Source of the DNA: Parasitella parasitica NRRL 2501
Taxonomy: Eukaryota; Fungi; Mucoromycota
Direction of reading: 5' to 3'
NCBI GenBank assembly: GCA_025201805.1
Contig: MU619316.1
Location: forward strand, 69,078 to 133,077
DNA: 64,000 nucleotides
Position numbers and translations under genes: made by a program. The notes below the pieces were generated by a model, which was given only the letters and a program-made list of their open reading frames with translations, searched no databases and was not told the DNA's origin. Of this stretch, positions 16,400 through 29,008 are shown one piece after another. Position 1 is the first letter of the stretch, and each line of letters opens with the position of its first letter.

Positions 16400-17537
16400 A
16401 CCGGAAAGAGAGTTTTTGTATGAGAAAGTTGATGTCAACCAGTTCAGAAATGATAAAAAATCATGGGTTATTGATGGTATGTTGGAAAGAAATTTCAACA
16501 ATTTCAAAATTGCGGTTGCCGAATATGTACAATCGGTGGAAACACATGTACAAGAATTACTGGCCCTTTCAAAGATTTTATTGATAAAACCTGATCAAAG
16601 TAGCTCTTATTCAACAAGCATCCCCCTAGCACCACCATAGCATTAATTGAAAAAAAAAATCAAGGCAAAGTTCAATGTGAAAAAATACCGGTTTGACTCA
16701 ATCAAAAAAGCAAAATTGGGGAATATTCTTGCTGATTTACGAGACAAATCCATATCTTATTAGAGTAGCCTCGAAGAAAATAGGCAACATTCTTTCTGAT
16801 GAAGACGATGATGATATGGACCCGCTATTACTGGTGCACGTGATTTGATTGAATCAATCCCTCTCTCCAAATTCAATTATCCAGTTGGAGAAAATACCCT
16901 GTCCCGCTCCTATGTCTATTGTATTTTAAATCCAATGTTGAACTTATCTGAGCTCAAGAAACATGTCATGTAGTTAGAGAAGAGTAAAAACCATCAATCA
17001 TTTGGTATTAATATTGTGTCAAAATATTAGGCTCAATACCCAAATAATAAAAGAGAGTAATAAACAGCCAGACTTTATCGAAGCACTATCGATGGATCCC
17101 AGCTCAAAGGACCTTGTATCATCATTGGAAAGGTGAAAGGTGAAGACAAAAAAGACGATATACACCTATGCGTATCAGATATAATCAGAATTGGAGTTTT
17201 ATCAGGCAAATCGATCAACCAGGATAGCTTTGATGGTGTTATTGATATCTTGCAAACGTTTTTATTAATTACTTCTCTGATGGCTCCCGGTTGTTAAATC
17301 ATGCTTGAAATATGTTCAATAACATTACCAAAAGATTTTGCAAAAATGCGCTCTTATGTTGCTAATATGGATGATTTGCTCCCAGTACTCCATTATTATG
17401 CCAGTTGCGCTAACCACTCAGATGATGATTCTCTACAAACAAACAAGCGAAGTATGATGGACTCATCAATATTTGAAATTGTAGCAAATTCAAAAAAGAA
17501 CAGGAAGAGACCATATAGCATTGTATATAACCATTAA
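16400..17537 (+). pseudogene. Disrupted PD-(D/E)xK/REase-like gene relic
   Basis: KQPDFI / frameshift / STIDGSQLKGPCIIIGKVKGEDKKDD..CVSDIIRIG, then MLEICSITLPK. Several stops and frameshifts. Confidence 0.55.
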
Positions 17538-18204
17538 ATGTGATACCATCTTTTTTTACAAAAAGTGAGATAACTAACATATTAAGGTCTTTGACAATAA
17601 TAATAAAAAAAAAACAAAATAATTGTCCAAGTTATCGGTTATTTCTTCCTCTTTTATATAAATCTTTAAATAAACGTGTATATATATAATTTATTACTCT
17701 CAATTTATTGCTATTACTATTATTAACAAATGGCAAAAAAAAGGACAAAAGGTTCCTCTGGCTTTCCACGAAGAAATGCATTCGTACGCATCGTGCTTTA
17801 GAAAAAAGAAAAATATCAAACTGAAACAACAGGTCTACGTTCTTCAAAAGATAAAACCGAACTCTATGTGCATTGTTTATTGCATGAAACAGACTTAATG
17901 AATAATAGACGATGTGGCTCATTCTCAACTGTCTTTTCAGCCATCTTTTGTAGGATAATTGAGTTGCCCCGGATGATCGTGACACTATTACTATTCTATT
18001 TCATATTATTTTTGGAATGATATATGTATTTAGGTAGAATCATCGGTGACAATCCGATCAGGAACGGTTGCTATGACAACTGAGTTGAAATAGTGGTAAG
18101 CATGGTATTCTATGGATACAACAAACATAGTACATCATACCTCCCTTTTACTATTAAAGAATTGTACTCTATCACACAGCAGCGCATATTATTCTATGAT
18201 GTAT

Positions 18205-18452
18205 ACAGCAACCATTCCATAAATTACCTCACATAGGACACTTAAACTCTATTGTCCGTCCGATCAATTCACTTACATTCACTACAACATAAGCAATCAT
18301 ATTTTTCATGTTATATATAATTTCTTTATCTGCTTAGCAATTTTCACAACAGTTTTATTCATTCTTCTGAGCAAAAAAAAAGCCTGTTTTAAGTTTGATT
18401 GAAACCAGCATGATCAGGGCTTTCAGAGCTTAACTTGATTTTCACTGGGCAA
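18205..18452 (-). repeat. Degenerate dispersed repeat, copy B (internally deleted, same orientation as 62350-63493)
   Basis: ATCAATTCACTTACATTCACTA...ATCATATTTTTCATG resembles 62408-62455. GCATGATCAGGGCTTTCAGAGCTTAACTTGATTTTCACTGGGCAA resembles 63449-63493. Confidence 0.75.
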
Positions 18453-18585
18453 CATGTTTGTCAGAAGTAATGTGCAAATATATTTCTATTTTGCATAATA
18501 GTACTGTATAATTATATGAATTAAAGATTTAAGATAGAAATAGACAAAAACTGTTTTGTTTTATTTTTCAAGTCGAAATTATTGT

Positions 18586-20773
18586 TTAAAGATCGAAATT
18601 ACAGACTACAGCATAAGTTTGGTCATCGATGACAGCCTCAACTCGTAGTTCAACTTCACCAAAATACATCTATACAGTAAGTTAGTACAGCAGTAATAAA
18701 AATTGGTTTTTTTTCCCCACCTTGATTGTCAAAGGGACAGGATCACCATTCCTCACATTTGGTAAAGTCGGCATTGGGATCTCAAAATCAAATACTTTGC
18801 GTACAGTAATTGTTGGTGTTGAAATTGTGTATCTAGGTTCAATGTCGCTATCAGAAGAGAAGAAAGTGCATGCTGTATGACTGGGATAATACGTAGTGTA
18901 ATTACGAGAAACGCAACTATTGATATCTATCTCAAAAATATATTAATGACAAAATCAAAGATACTTTACTAAAAATTACCAATAGGTTTTCCACGTTCTA
19001 CATAAGTCGAGAATCTATTGTCACAGCGTACGCTGCCATCAGGCCTTCTAACCTTGTATTCAACAGGATCGATATTTGGATCAAATATATTGGTAATTTC
19101 AATACCATACCAAGATCTGGGTATTCGAGTAGTAATTTTCGTAGGGTTCAAACCAGAATAGACGGCACCTCGAGTTACAGCCATTTCTTGCAGAATTTAG
19201 TTTTAAATGAATATGATGCGGATTAAACAGCTTACCAGGACGATCTGGTTGCACAATTCGAATATTTTCTGGTGAAAACTCTTTCTCCATCTGACTATAA
19301 AGGTACGCGGAAGATCCAAACCCTCCAACCATAAATATCGCCTTAAGATTTGTTGTACTCCTCTGCAAATCGCGACAAAGCTGTACAACTTCTGAAACAA
19401 TGGGGTCAAAAACATACTGCTTCAGTTCTTCTTTCGTAAAAGTCATGTTGCCTTCATCTAACCCAATAGAAGGTTCTGTCTTTGTGATCAAATCAAATCC
19501 CATTGAGACGCTGGCATGAAGGTCCTCAGTACCATCAAACAATGGCTTCAGGTTATCTGCGATATGCAAGCATTAAAATCAACACCAAAATATCTCAAAT
19601 ACATATACTTACCAACAAAAACCTCCGTCATGTGGTCGAGAGGAGCATCTGGGATCTCGATTGTATTACCTGTTTTGCGAATAACCTTTTTCAACTTTTT
19701 TTTCAGGAATTTCGTGAATTTTCTGTCAATAAAAGTGGAGCCACAGGGTTTGCCGATGCCCTTTACGCTTTCCTTAAATTCACGATTTCCAAATGCATCC
19801 ATTTCCACTCTAAAAACTATCAGATCGACAGTTCCACCACCAGCATCGCAGATCATGAATTCATCGCCGTGTTGCATATCAAACTTGTCACAAGTCTTTT
19901 CGCAATAAATGGCAGCAGCTTCAGGTTCAGAGATGAGCATCAGTCTATCGCGATGATCGGAGGCATTGATAATACCAGATTGTATGGCAGCGTCTCTCAT
20001 AATCTGCTTAGACTTGTCAGACCACATGGCAGGAACAGTCAAGCAGAAGCGAGCTTGTTTTTCAAAATTTTGATGGAATCCTTTCTTCGCCATGTCGGCT
20101 TTTACATGCGCAAAGAATTTCTCTAAATAATCTGATATAACGTCTGTCACTGTCAAACCAAGGGGTAGTTGTTTGACAGAACTTTCCAGCTCGTCATCGA
20201 GATATAGCTTGAATTGTTGCAACATTACGATATTTTCGGTTTTGTACCTGCTGGCTCTAGCGGATCTGCCCCATTGCATCAATCTCTAATTTGAAAGGGT
20301 CAAACCGAGAAAACATATGGGTCAATAAATACAAACATACCTTATCATCTCTATTGTAAAGCTACAACAAGAAGATTTAGTGAACAGTATTGCGTTTGAA
20401 GAGAGAGAGAGATCAGATCACTTACACAGAGGGTAGGGCACTAAATTTAGACATTTAGTATGGTTTTCTTTTCATTTTAGACAATGTTTCTTTTACCTTT
20501 GGATAACTATAATCCGGTTGACCTGGCCTTCATGTTTTTTTTATTAGTATAGTCGTGTTTAATTTATTATATATATTACAATACCATTTGCTAATGTCCT
20601 GAACATCTTTATCACTGATATAAGCATAGGACGCCCCTGAAAAAGTAGTGCCTGAATATCACATAAAGAATAAAGTCAATGTGTTTTGTCTCTTCGCAAC
20701 AAGTTTATAAGACAGTACCAAAATCAATCCCAATAACTATTGGAAAATCTTTATCTGGAAAGGAAGCAACCAT
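18586..20773 (-). CDS. Atypical Hsp70-family (HSPA12-like) actin-like ATPase, paralog 1
   Basis: IVIGIDFGTTFSG, CLTVPAMWSD, LISEPEAAAIYC, ICDAGGGTVD, MVGGFGSSAYL and AVTRGAV. No canonical EEVD tail. Microexons at 20426-20440 and 20341-20361. Confidence 0.9.
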
Positions 20774-21173
20774 CAAAATATCAGTGAGCAGAAGAAAGAA
20801 GAAGGGAGAAGAAGGAAAAAAAGAAAATTGTGGTGCTGCTTTGCTTTTGCACATACATTTTGGGGTGATACGAACAAAGCATTCAGCCACACTTTCCAAT
20901 GGAACTTTATTTCACTGTGATCATTGCAAGATTCCCAGTTAAGTACAGTCATTTAAGTAGACATAAGCTCTTGGATGCATTTACATCAAATATCATTATT
21001 TGTTGTGCGAGTGTTTGTTACTCTAATGTGAATTGAGCAACTCGAGTCCTCCATGATCGTTCTTGGGCGGCGCTTCAAGTAAGCCTGTTCTAGGATTAGG
21101 TATCTGGTATAAAAGAGTTTACATTTGTATTACTTCTTTTTTCTGTTTTATTATACATAATCACTTATAAAAA

Positions 21174-23116
21174 ATGAAAGACACCAAGGACAACTACAAA
21201 CTAGTGATTTCTTACGACTTTGGAACTACATTTTCAGGTGCTTCATATGCTTTCACCCACAACGCAACGCCTGAAGTATTTGATGTACAAAAATGGTAAC
21301 CGGCCACTTTCTCTATTTATTTGAAGCTCTAAGCATTGCATCGATGATTGTAGGCCTCATAAAGGTGGAAGCTTTTATCCCAAAACGCCTTCGATATCAG
21401 CGTACAAGCGCACAGACCCTGAAACTATGGTAGATTGGGGCCATGGTGCCAAGAAGCGAATGCTTAAACCTCAAGCTGCCAAGGAAACGATAATTTTGTC
21501 AAACTTCAAACTCAATCTGGATGAGTCCCTGCACCGAGGAATAGCAGAAAATCACAGGTAAGCATTGATTTTGCTTTTCAAACCACAGCAAGCACTGATA
21601 CGTGCAGCAGGTCAGCGGTAAGAAACATCGCCGATTATCTGAAAGCCCTTCATAAACATGTCTTGGAGGATGTAACCAAAGGTTTTGCCAAGAACTATGA
21701 TCCTGATACTTTCCGTTACTGCTTGACTGTCCCTGCAATGTGGTCTGATTTAGCAAAATATTCAATGAGGAAAGCAGCTATACTGGCAGGATTAGTCAAC
21801 AAAGAGGACCCTCAGGACAGATTGATACTGATTTCTGAGCCTGAAGCCGCTGCTTTGTATTGTGAGCGTATGTGCGAGCAAGTGAATTTAAAGAGAGGGG
21901 ATCGCATGCTGATCTGTGATGCCGGCGGTGGAACTGTTGATTTGATTGTATTTGAAGTGATCGACGATAGATTTCAAAGCAACAATCGCCTCAAGGAAGT
22001 AACCAAAGGCATTGGCGAGAGCTGCGGTAGCGTCTTTTTAGATCAGAATTTTAGGACTCTGATCCACGAAAAACTGGGGAATCAAGCCAAGACATTGCCT
22101 GCTGCTGCTATGAACAACCTAATGGACCAGTTTGTAGATAACATTAAACCGGAATTCGATGGATTAGACGACCAGTACTTGAGTTTACCTGCATCCATAA
22201 ACTTGGATAAGCTAAATACGGATGCTGATTGTTTAGATGAAGGCACGATGGCACTGAGAGCGGATGAATTGAAGGAAAAAGTATTCGAGCCTGTGATAAA
22301 GCGTGTGGTAAGTCGCTGCTCTGTCAGATTGACACACAAAAAAAAATACTCATTTGTGCATTTGATAGATTGCACTTTTGGAAAAACAATACCAAAATGT
22401 GCCTGACAAGAAAGTTTCATGCATATTCCTAGTTGGTGGATTTGGCTCATCAAATTATTTGTTCCAGCGAGTGCAAGAAGAGTTTGAGACCAGAGTGGAC
22501 CAAGTTTTGTGTCCTCCACGAGCTGCAATGGCAGTTGTACGCGGTGCCGTTTATTTCGGATTGAACCCACGAGTCATAACATCCAGAGTATCGCGTCGAA
22601 CATACGGTATCAATGCGGGCCTGCCTTTTGATGAGGCATTGGACCCCATCTCCTCGCGAATAGTTCGGCCAGATGGCAGTATTCGTTGTACATCAAGGTT
22701 TCTAACATTTGTTAAAAAAGGAGATGAATTGCCAGTAGACCACTGCATTCGCGAAAGAATGTTTGTATATTACGGGACCTTGAAGGCTACAGATATAATG
22801 CTTTATACGACTGAAGATGATAAGGAACCACGATACTTTGACGAGCCCAATGTTAAACAAGTAGCTGCAATTTCAGTTCCTATTCCACAACTAGCAAATG
22901 TTGCGCATGGTGAGCGTATTGCTTATACTGTTAGGTAGGCGGAAATGCGGATTAGATTAGATGAAAAATTTGCTAATAATGCAATGTAGAATGTATTTTG
23001 GCTTGACTGAAATTTTAATGGAAGCTGATTTTGGAAACGGCTTAATTCATAGAGTGCAGTGCAATTTTGACGCCGTTGACAAATATGACAGTGATCAAAT
23101 CTTTACGGAATCTTGA
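21174..23116 (+). CDS. Atypical Hsp70-family (HSPA12-like) actin-like ATPase, paralog 2
   Basis: ISYDFGTTFSG, CLTVPAMWSD, LISEPEAAALYC, ICDAGGGTVD, LVGGFGSSNYL and AVVRGAV. 4 introns. Confidence 0.9.
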
Positions 23117-23396
23117 CAAGGATTCTTATACACAATTAACCTTGATATCATTGCGCCAAGCTCAAAACATACCTTCCTCTAAAACCTCTACCAGGCGAAA
23201 TTATTCACGACCATCCAATACAAAAATTCCAGGATAAGCACTTACTATTGCTATATATGGATAAATCGAATAAAAAAAACAACCTTTTCTCAATGCCAAT
23301 GTGCCCACAAGTAGGCATATTTTCTTATTAGGCCCAAACCTCCAAATAACTTTCAGCATTTGCTACTACTGCTCCTTTTTATTATGTACATTGCCA

Positions 23397-24566
23397 TTAC
23401 TGATGAGCAGTCTGCTGTTGTTGCTGTTGATGCTGTATCGCTAGCACACGATCTCTCTCGGCTTGTCTCATCTTCATTAAGGTTATCGATTCATAATCAT
23501 CATCTGAAATTTTCGATGACATAGAGCCCTGATGGATGTAAGCTGCGTTAGTATGACCAGATCCACTTTATGGTTGTATCCACCGACTGTACCTTGAAAT
23601 TTGAGGGTATATTGAACGTTTTGAAAAAAGACGAATGTGATCCAGTAGTAAATAATGGTCTATCAGTTGCCGCAGTTGATCTGTTGTTTGTACTAAATAA
23701 AGCAGTACGGGCCTCCTTCTTCAATTCCTCTACTTTGGTCATCTTTTCGACAATTGAAGGTGGTTTTCCGGTTAACCAGCCAATACTTTCGAACTTTGAT
23801 AGCGAAGGATGTGTCTCTTTTTTTGTCAGAATATTATACTATCGAAAGAGCGAATTAGCATGAATCTTGGTCGATTTTGCTACTTTCCACTTACAGCATC
23901 CACTACAGATTTAAATAAGACTGATGCGCTACCTTTCTTTTTTCCTGATAATGCAAGTGAATCCACTTCTGCTATAGAGTTCAGCATATCCAATAGTTCT
24001 TGTTCTGAAAAATCGTATTTTTTACGCTTCCATTTGATCTTTAGAGCGCCTAATTCTGTTTCTGCATGAAGTGCTGGCTCTTGCGATGGCGAATCCTCAG
24101 CAGGAGAAGCCCAATCTTCTTGTCTTCTCTTTGCTCCTTCTTCACGAAGCTTGGCAAGTTGAGCCTCATATTCAGCCTTGGCCTGATCTTGGTCTGTTTT
24201 TGCTCGTTTAGCCTCCTGCTCTCGTCTCTCCAATTCGTCTTGTGCGTGTCTTCTTTTAGAGTCCATCTCCTGCTTCTTTTTCAGTCTTTCCTGACGAGTC
24301 CTATGTCTCTGGTCATATTCGCTTCTTTTCTTTGGGTCTAATAATAGATCTTGGGCTTGTGTCAAGGCATGAAAGAGGACGGCTACAGAAACATTGTGAG
24401 TAATTGCGTTTACTGTGTTTTACAGCACTGATGTACCTGCATCCGCATCAGGGTTCTTATCAGGATGGACTTTCAATGCTTTCCTGCGATAAGCATTCTT
24501 GATGTCTTTTGTTGAGGCAGTTATCTCTATGCCTAAAAGCTGGTAATAATCTGCTTCACTTTCCAT
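23397..24566 (-). CDS. J-domain protein of the DNAJC17/Cwc23-like splicing-associated type
   Basis: DYYQLLG...[12 protein letters not shown] domain, charged coiled coil, RRM-like LKIKWKRKK region and C-terminal [16 protein letters not shown]. Confidence 0.85.
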
Positions 24567-26030
24567 GCTGTGTCAGATGCAAAAGGAAGAAGAAGAGGAA
24601 GCGAAATCTGGGTTTGGATTAAGCAAAGCATTACGACGAGGGACGTCGAAACCTTTCTACTCAGGGACTGTCTTAAGTCAAAAATTTTTCTTGAAAGCTA
24701 TAAAAAGGTGGCCTATTCCTGATGCGACTTCTCTCTTCTATCGCTCATTTTACAAAAAGGTTAGTACGCACGATAATTTTCAAATGCACAAACGTATGGT
24801 TGGTCGCGCAAAAGATGTCTTTAAGTCAAACAAACTAGAGTTTCTGATCATTGATGTGAATCTTTTATTCCTGATGCTAACATCAACCGTACTGCTGACA
24901 TTTGGAACATTTGAATTTTTACTTGTCAATACTGATTCAGTTTCTTAATTAGATGAATGTATACTTATATTTAATATAAACGAAAAATTTCTCGCGGTTA
25001 GCTGTGTATATAATAGTAAGTATTTTTTTTTCTGTCTTGCGAAGCAAAGGATTCAAATGATGATCGAACTTTTTTAAAAAGTTGGAATTACCGTCTGAAC
25101 TACATGTAGATACAAATTGGCTGTTTTCCTGATAATCCTTTTTGCTTCATTTCATAAAACTTTATAGTTTCATGTCACTAAATATTCTTTTGTTTAGATC
25201 TGGTCGAGCAACCAGGTTATTTATATCGCCAGGCCTTGTTGACTGTTGATGGTAAATACCGTTTCTTTCTCTTTTGGGGCTCTTTCTGTCTTATTTTTCA
25301 TGGTTTAAATGATGATCCCATTTAGATGACGAGTCTGAAGAGTCATTCAATGTCGAAACAACTTTTTAATACCATTCATGCTTTTCTGAAACATGAAAAT
25401 GAAAGACTGAAATCCTTTTTTTTTTTAATTTATCGTGTTTATATCCAAAACTGATCAAATTTATATTCACTTAGCTCCAATTAATTTCGGTAAAGGTCAT
25501 AATTTTATTCGGTAACTATTCTCAAAATTGAATTGGCTGTTATGGTTGCTGGTCCAAGTGCAAGAAAATGATCTCATAATTGATGAACATCAAAAACAAA
25601 AGACAAGCATATGTCTGATTCTCATGACGAGTTTTTCCTAGTCTGATATTTTGAATCTTTTCCTGCCTCTTCTTCCAAATGTCATTAGCCTTAATGATGT
25701 GTATATTCGTCGGTATTAACATCTCATCCTCTTTCAAGGCTACCATTACTCTTGAATGAAAGACGAATTTGTTAAAGGTAATTATCTTCAAAATCAATCA
25801 ATTATTATTATTTCAAGGATGATAAATATAATCACGACGGTCTTCATAAAAACCTTGATGAAAATGGCTACTAGCTCCTACAATCTGAAAATATTAATAA
25901 TTGATTAATTTTGTGCTCGTTTAATTAACACTGTTGTTAACTTTGTTTTGAATTTATATAGGTAATTGTAAATACACTCTAAGGTTGTTTTTTCTTTTTA
26001 AATAATAAAAATGTCTTTAAATTGTACTCT

Positions 26031-26031
<1 letters not shown>

Positions 26032-26080
<49 letters not shown>
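26032..26080. repeat. Poly(T) tract, 49 nt
   Basis: Homopolymer run. Confidence 0.95.
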
Positions 26081-26083
<3 letters not shown>

Positions 26084-26420
26084 CTCATTTTTGACAAGCC
26101 ACTTGTCAGTTAATTAAGAGACATAAATCCGTCATTAGTCGTATTGAAAATAGACAGGCAAAACCCGCAATTGGCTTGATTATGCACCAAGGCACAAAGA
26201 CACAAATGCATTGATTTCATACATTTTCTAAGAATAAGCAATTTTATGTATATTTAAAAAAACAGAAAAAAAAAATAGCAGACTAAACAGTTATTATAAC
26301 GAGAAATGTATGTGTATATTGTGCGTTGTGATGTCGTGAGGTTGAGTTGAATAAGTGGGTGATAAAAGAACAAGAAAAATAAAATAAAATAAAATAAAAA
26401 AATATAATATTAACAATGAT

Positions 26421-27271
26421 TTAAGAGTAAGTATCAACCAAGGTATCTCTCAATTCGTTGACGATTGCAGTAGGTTGAGCATCCTGCAACTCGAAGATAC
26501 TCTCCATTACACTCAGTTCTGTGGAGGTAGTATCCAGACCAGCAAATGCACACCAATCATTGACAACGCAGCCAGCGCCAATAACGTCTGAACCACGGTT
26601 CACTGTACCAGCAACCAAAGGAATCTGCAAAAGTGAAGATAATTCATCTTGAGTTTGAACAGAGGTGCGAGGATGAACGAGACCACCCTGGTTACTCAAA
26701 GCGCAATAAGATCCAACAAGGACATTATCGGCAATAGTTTGACGGAAAACTTCGACTTGGAGTGTATCAGCAATAATCTCTTCGGTTTCTCGGTCGATAT
26801 CAGGGTGAACCAAAGCAACATAGTCATTACAGGCAATAACGTTACCCAAAGCAGACAAACGTTCTTCCACACGCTGGACGACAACATTTTCCGGGAGTGA
26901 ATTGCGCAAATGTTGGAGTTCTTGATCAGTGGTGGTACTTGGAACAAGCAAACCGTTCTTGTTACCGGCAGTCAAACGACCGATAATACGAGTACCAGCA
27001 ATAGAAGTGTGAACAACAGGGATAACATCACCTAACTCACCTTCAAAAACACTGCAAAACAGCCATTCATTACCCAATCTTCCTTCCATTTAGTGCCAAA
27101 ATTGCTTACCTGTAAAAATTCTCGGAGCCACCCAAGGCTACTAAACAATAGCTGTTTGTTAAACGAGAGAAAACGCCAATCTCGTTACTATTCTCAAATT
27201 GCGCGCCTTCACGTCAAGATGTTATTGATGCTGAATAATTAATGTCATGGTTTCTACTTACGAACAGCCAT
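26421..27271 (-). CDS. TIF6: Eukaryotic translation initiation factor 6 (60S biogenesis)
   Basis: [39 protein letters not shown]-like motif and AGTVNRGS. 2 introns. Confidence 0.97.
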
Positions 27272-28120
27272 ATGATTTAACTTGTAGGAGTAAAGAAAAA
27301 GTGTGTTTAATAAAAATTTTTGCACTTTTATTCTGTTGAAGGCGCAGTAGTTCATTAGGTGACTATGTATTCTTACAGTGCACCATTAATAATGCGTTGC
27401 TAAACTGCTGCGGTTGCCACTTTGTATCCAATCAAGTACGCTAGCATGCAGGTCAAGAATCTGTCATCACATTCTGAATATGTTAAAATGAATGAGAATC
27501 AGTTTTAAAAGGGATTTGGGGATTTCCAAGGGGGTTAACAATAAAATCTATGCTTGTTGGGTACATATTTAAACCCAAATCTCTGTGTGTTTAGTTGACA
27601 ATAAGGGTACATCGTCTTATCACATTATTTCATACAGAGATATTGTTCAATGCAAAATAATATGAAAGTCTTTTGAAAAGGGGCTGCTAATTTCTTTGGT
27701 ATCAGAAGGTTAAATCATACGAGCATATTGCAATTTCGTCTCAAAAATGATTCTGGATCAATCTACAGCGTGAGAAAGAACGCATCTTGAGAATATGAGC
27801 TTTTCAAATTTGAGAAATAATTCTTGGTTGCAATTCTTCAAAGACTGAAAATCTTGAGCTTTTTATCTACAAAATGCATTGTCCATACATGATTTCTTAT
27901 TTTCGGAAGCAAAAATAAAATAAAAACACAATGCAAGTCGAACTACCACTTCAAAAATTGTTTGATCGTCAGATCTATCCCCCAAATAGTCGATCCCTCG
28001 CAATATATTGCGAACTGTGATGCCAATGTATGAATTTTCATGACTGTAATTGTTTATTTTAACATGGATCTATTTGAAAACAGTTGGAATTGCTTGATTT
28101 GACATTTAAAACTGATTAAA

Positions 28121-28735
28121 TTAAGCAATGAGCTCAACAACTATAAGAAAGTAATTAGATATTGGAACCTCCAATGCCAATTAAAAACTTACCACCGCCG
28201 GCTTCCTTGATCTTCTTCTCAGCAAGACGAGAGACGAAACGTGTGCGGACAATGACAGGTTGGGAGATGGTACCCTTGGCCAAAACCTTACCATAACCCT
28301 ATTCAAGTACAATGCATTAATACATCAAGATTACCACTGGCTAGAGAGGGTTACTACCTTTTGGAGGGCATCAATAACGGGGACCTTCTCAGTATTCTTG
28401 TATTGCTCACGAACACCTTCACCAGCAAGAGTCCAGATCTTGTCAAGATTTACAATAGGACGCCAGTTGACATTGTTCTTCAAGTGGAAATGACGCATAC
28501 CGACCTTACCAAAGTAACCAGGATGGTACTTATCCATGTTAATACGGTGATGATGTTGACCACCTGCAAGACCACGACCACCAGGATGCTTTCTGTGCTT
28601 ACCAACACGACCGTGACCAGCTGAGACGTGTCCACGCTTCTTTCTGTTGTGATGCAATCTAGTAGGCTAATTGATACATCATTGTTAATTTCGGGTAAAT
28701 GGATGGATGGGTGAGATGGTGTGGAGCTTTACCAT
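28121..28735 (-). CDS. RPL28: 60S ribosomal protein uL15 (L28/L27a)
   Basis: [30 protein letters not shown] and [12 protein letters not shown]. First coding exon is the ATG only. 3 introns. Confidence 0.97.
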
Positions 28736-29008
28736 GTTAAAAGATACGGCAGATCAAGTAATTTCGACGCTGGTCTGCGATTTGGATTACTTTTGTTGGA
28801 TCTTCTGTTAAAGCTACTCCGGTCCGGATACTCTTTACATACCTTTAATGTTGCTTTTATTGGGATTGGGAGGAGGAAGATAATCCGCTGTGAGCCTTGA
28901 GAATTATTTTCCCTCTCTTAACTTAAAGGTAAAAAAAAAAAAAAGAAGAAAGCATATCAATCCATTGTATGAATCCATCCAATTAATCAATCCATCAAAC
29001 TTTAGATA

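Noticed and set aside
21174-24566. J-domain gene adjacent to Hsp70-like genes as a chaperone/co-chaperone module
   Set aside because: The J protein looks like the spliceosome-associated DNAJC17/Cwc23 type. Nothing beyond adjacency links it to the HSPA12-like pair.
24565-25900. ORFs 24565-24948 (+) and 25540-25797 (-)
   Set aside because: No recognisable motifs or coherent exon structure. Possibly spurious or decayed.
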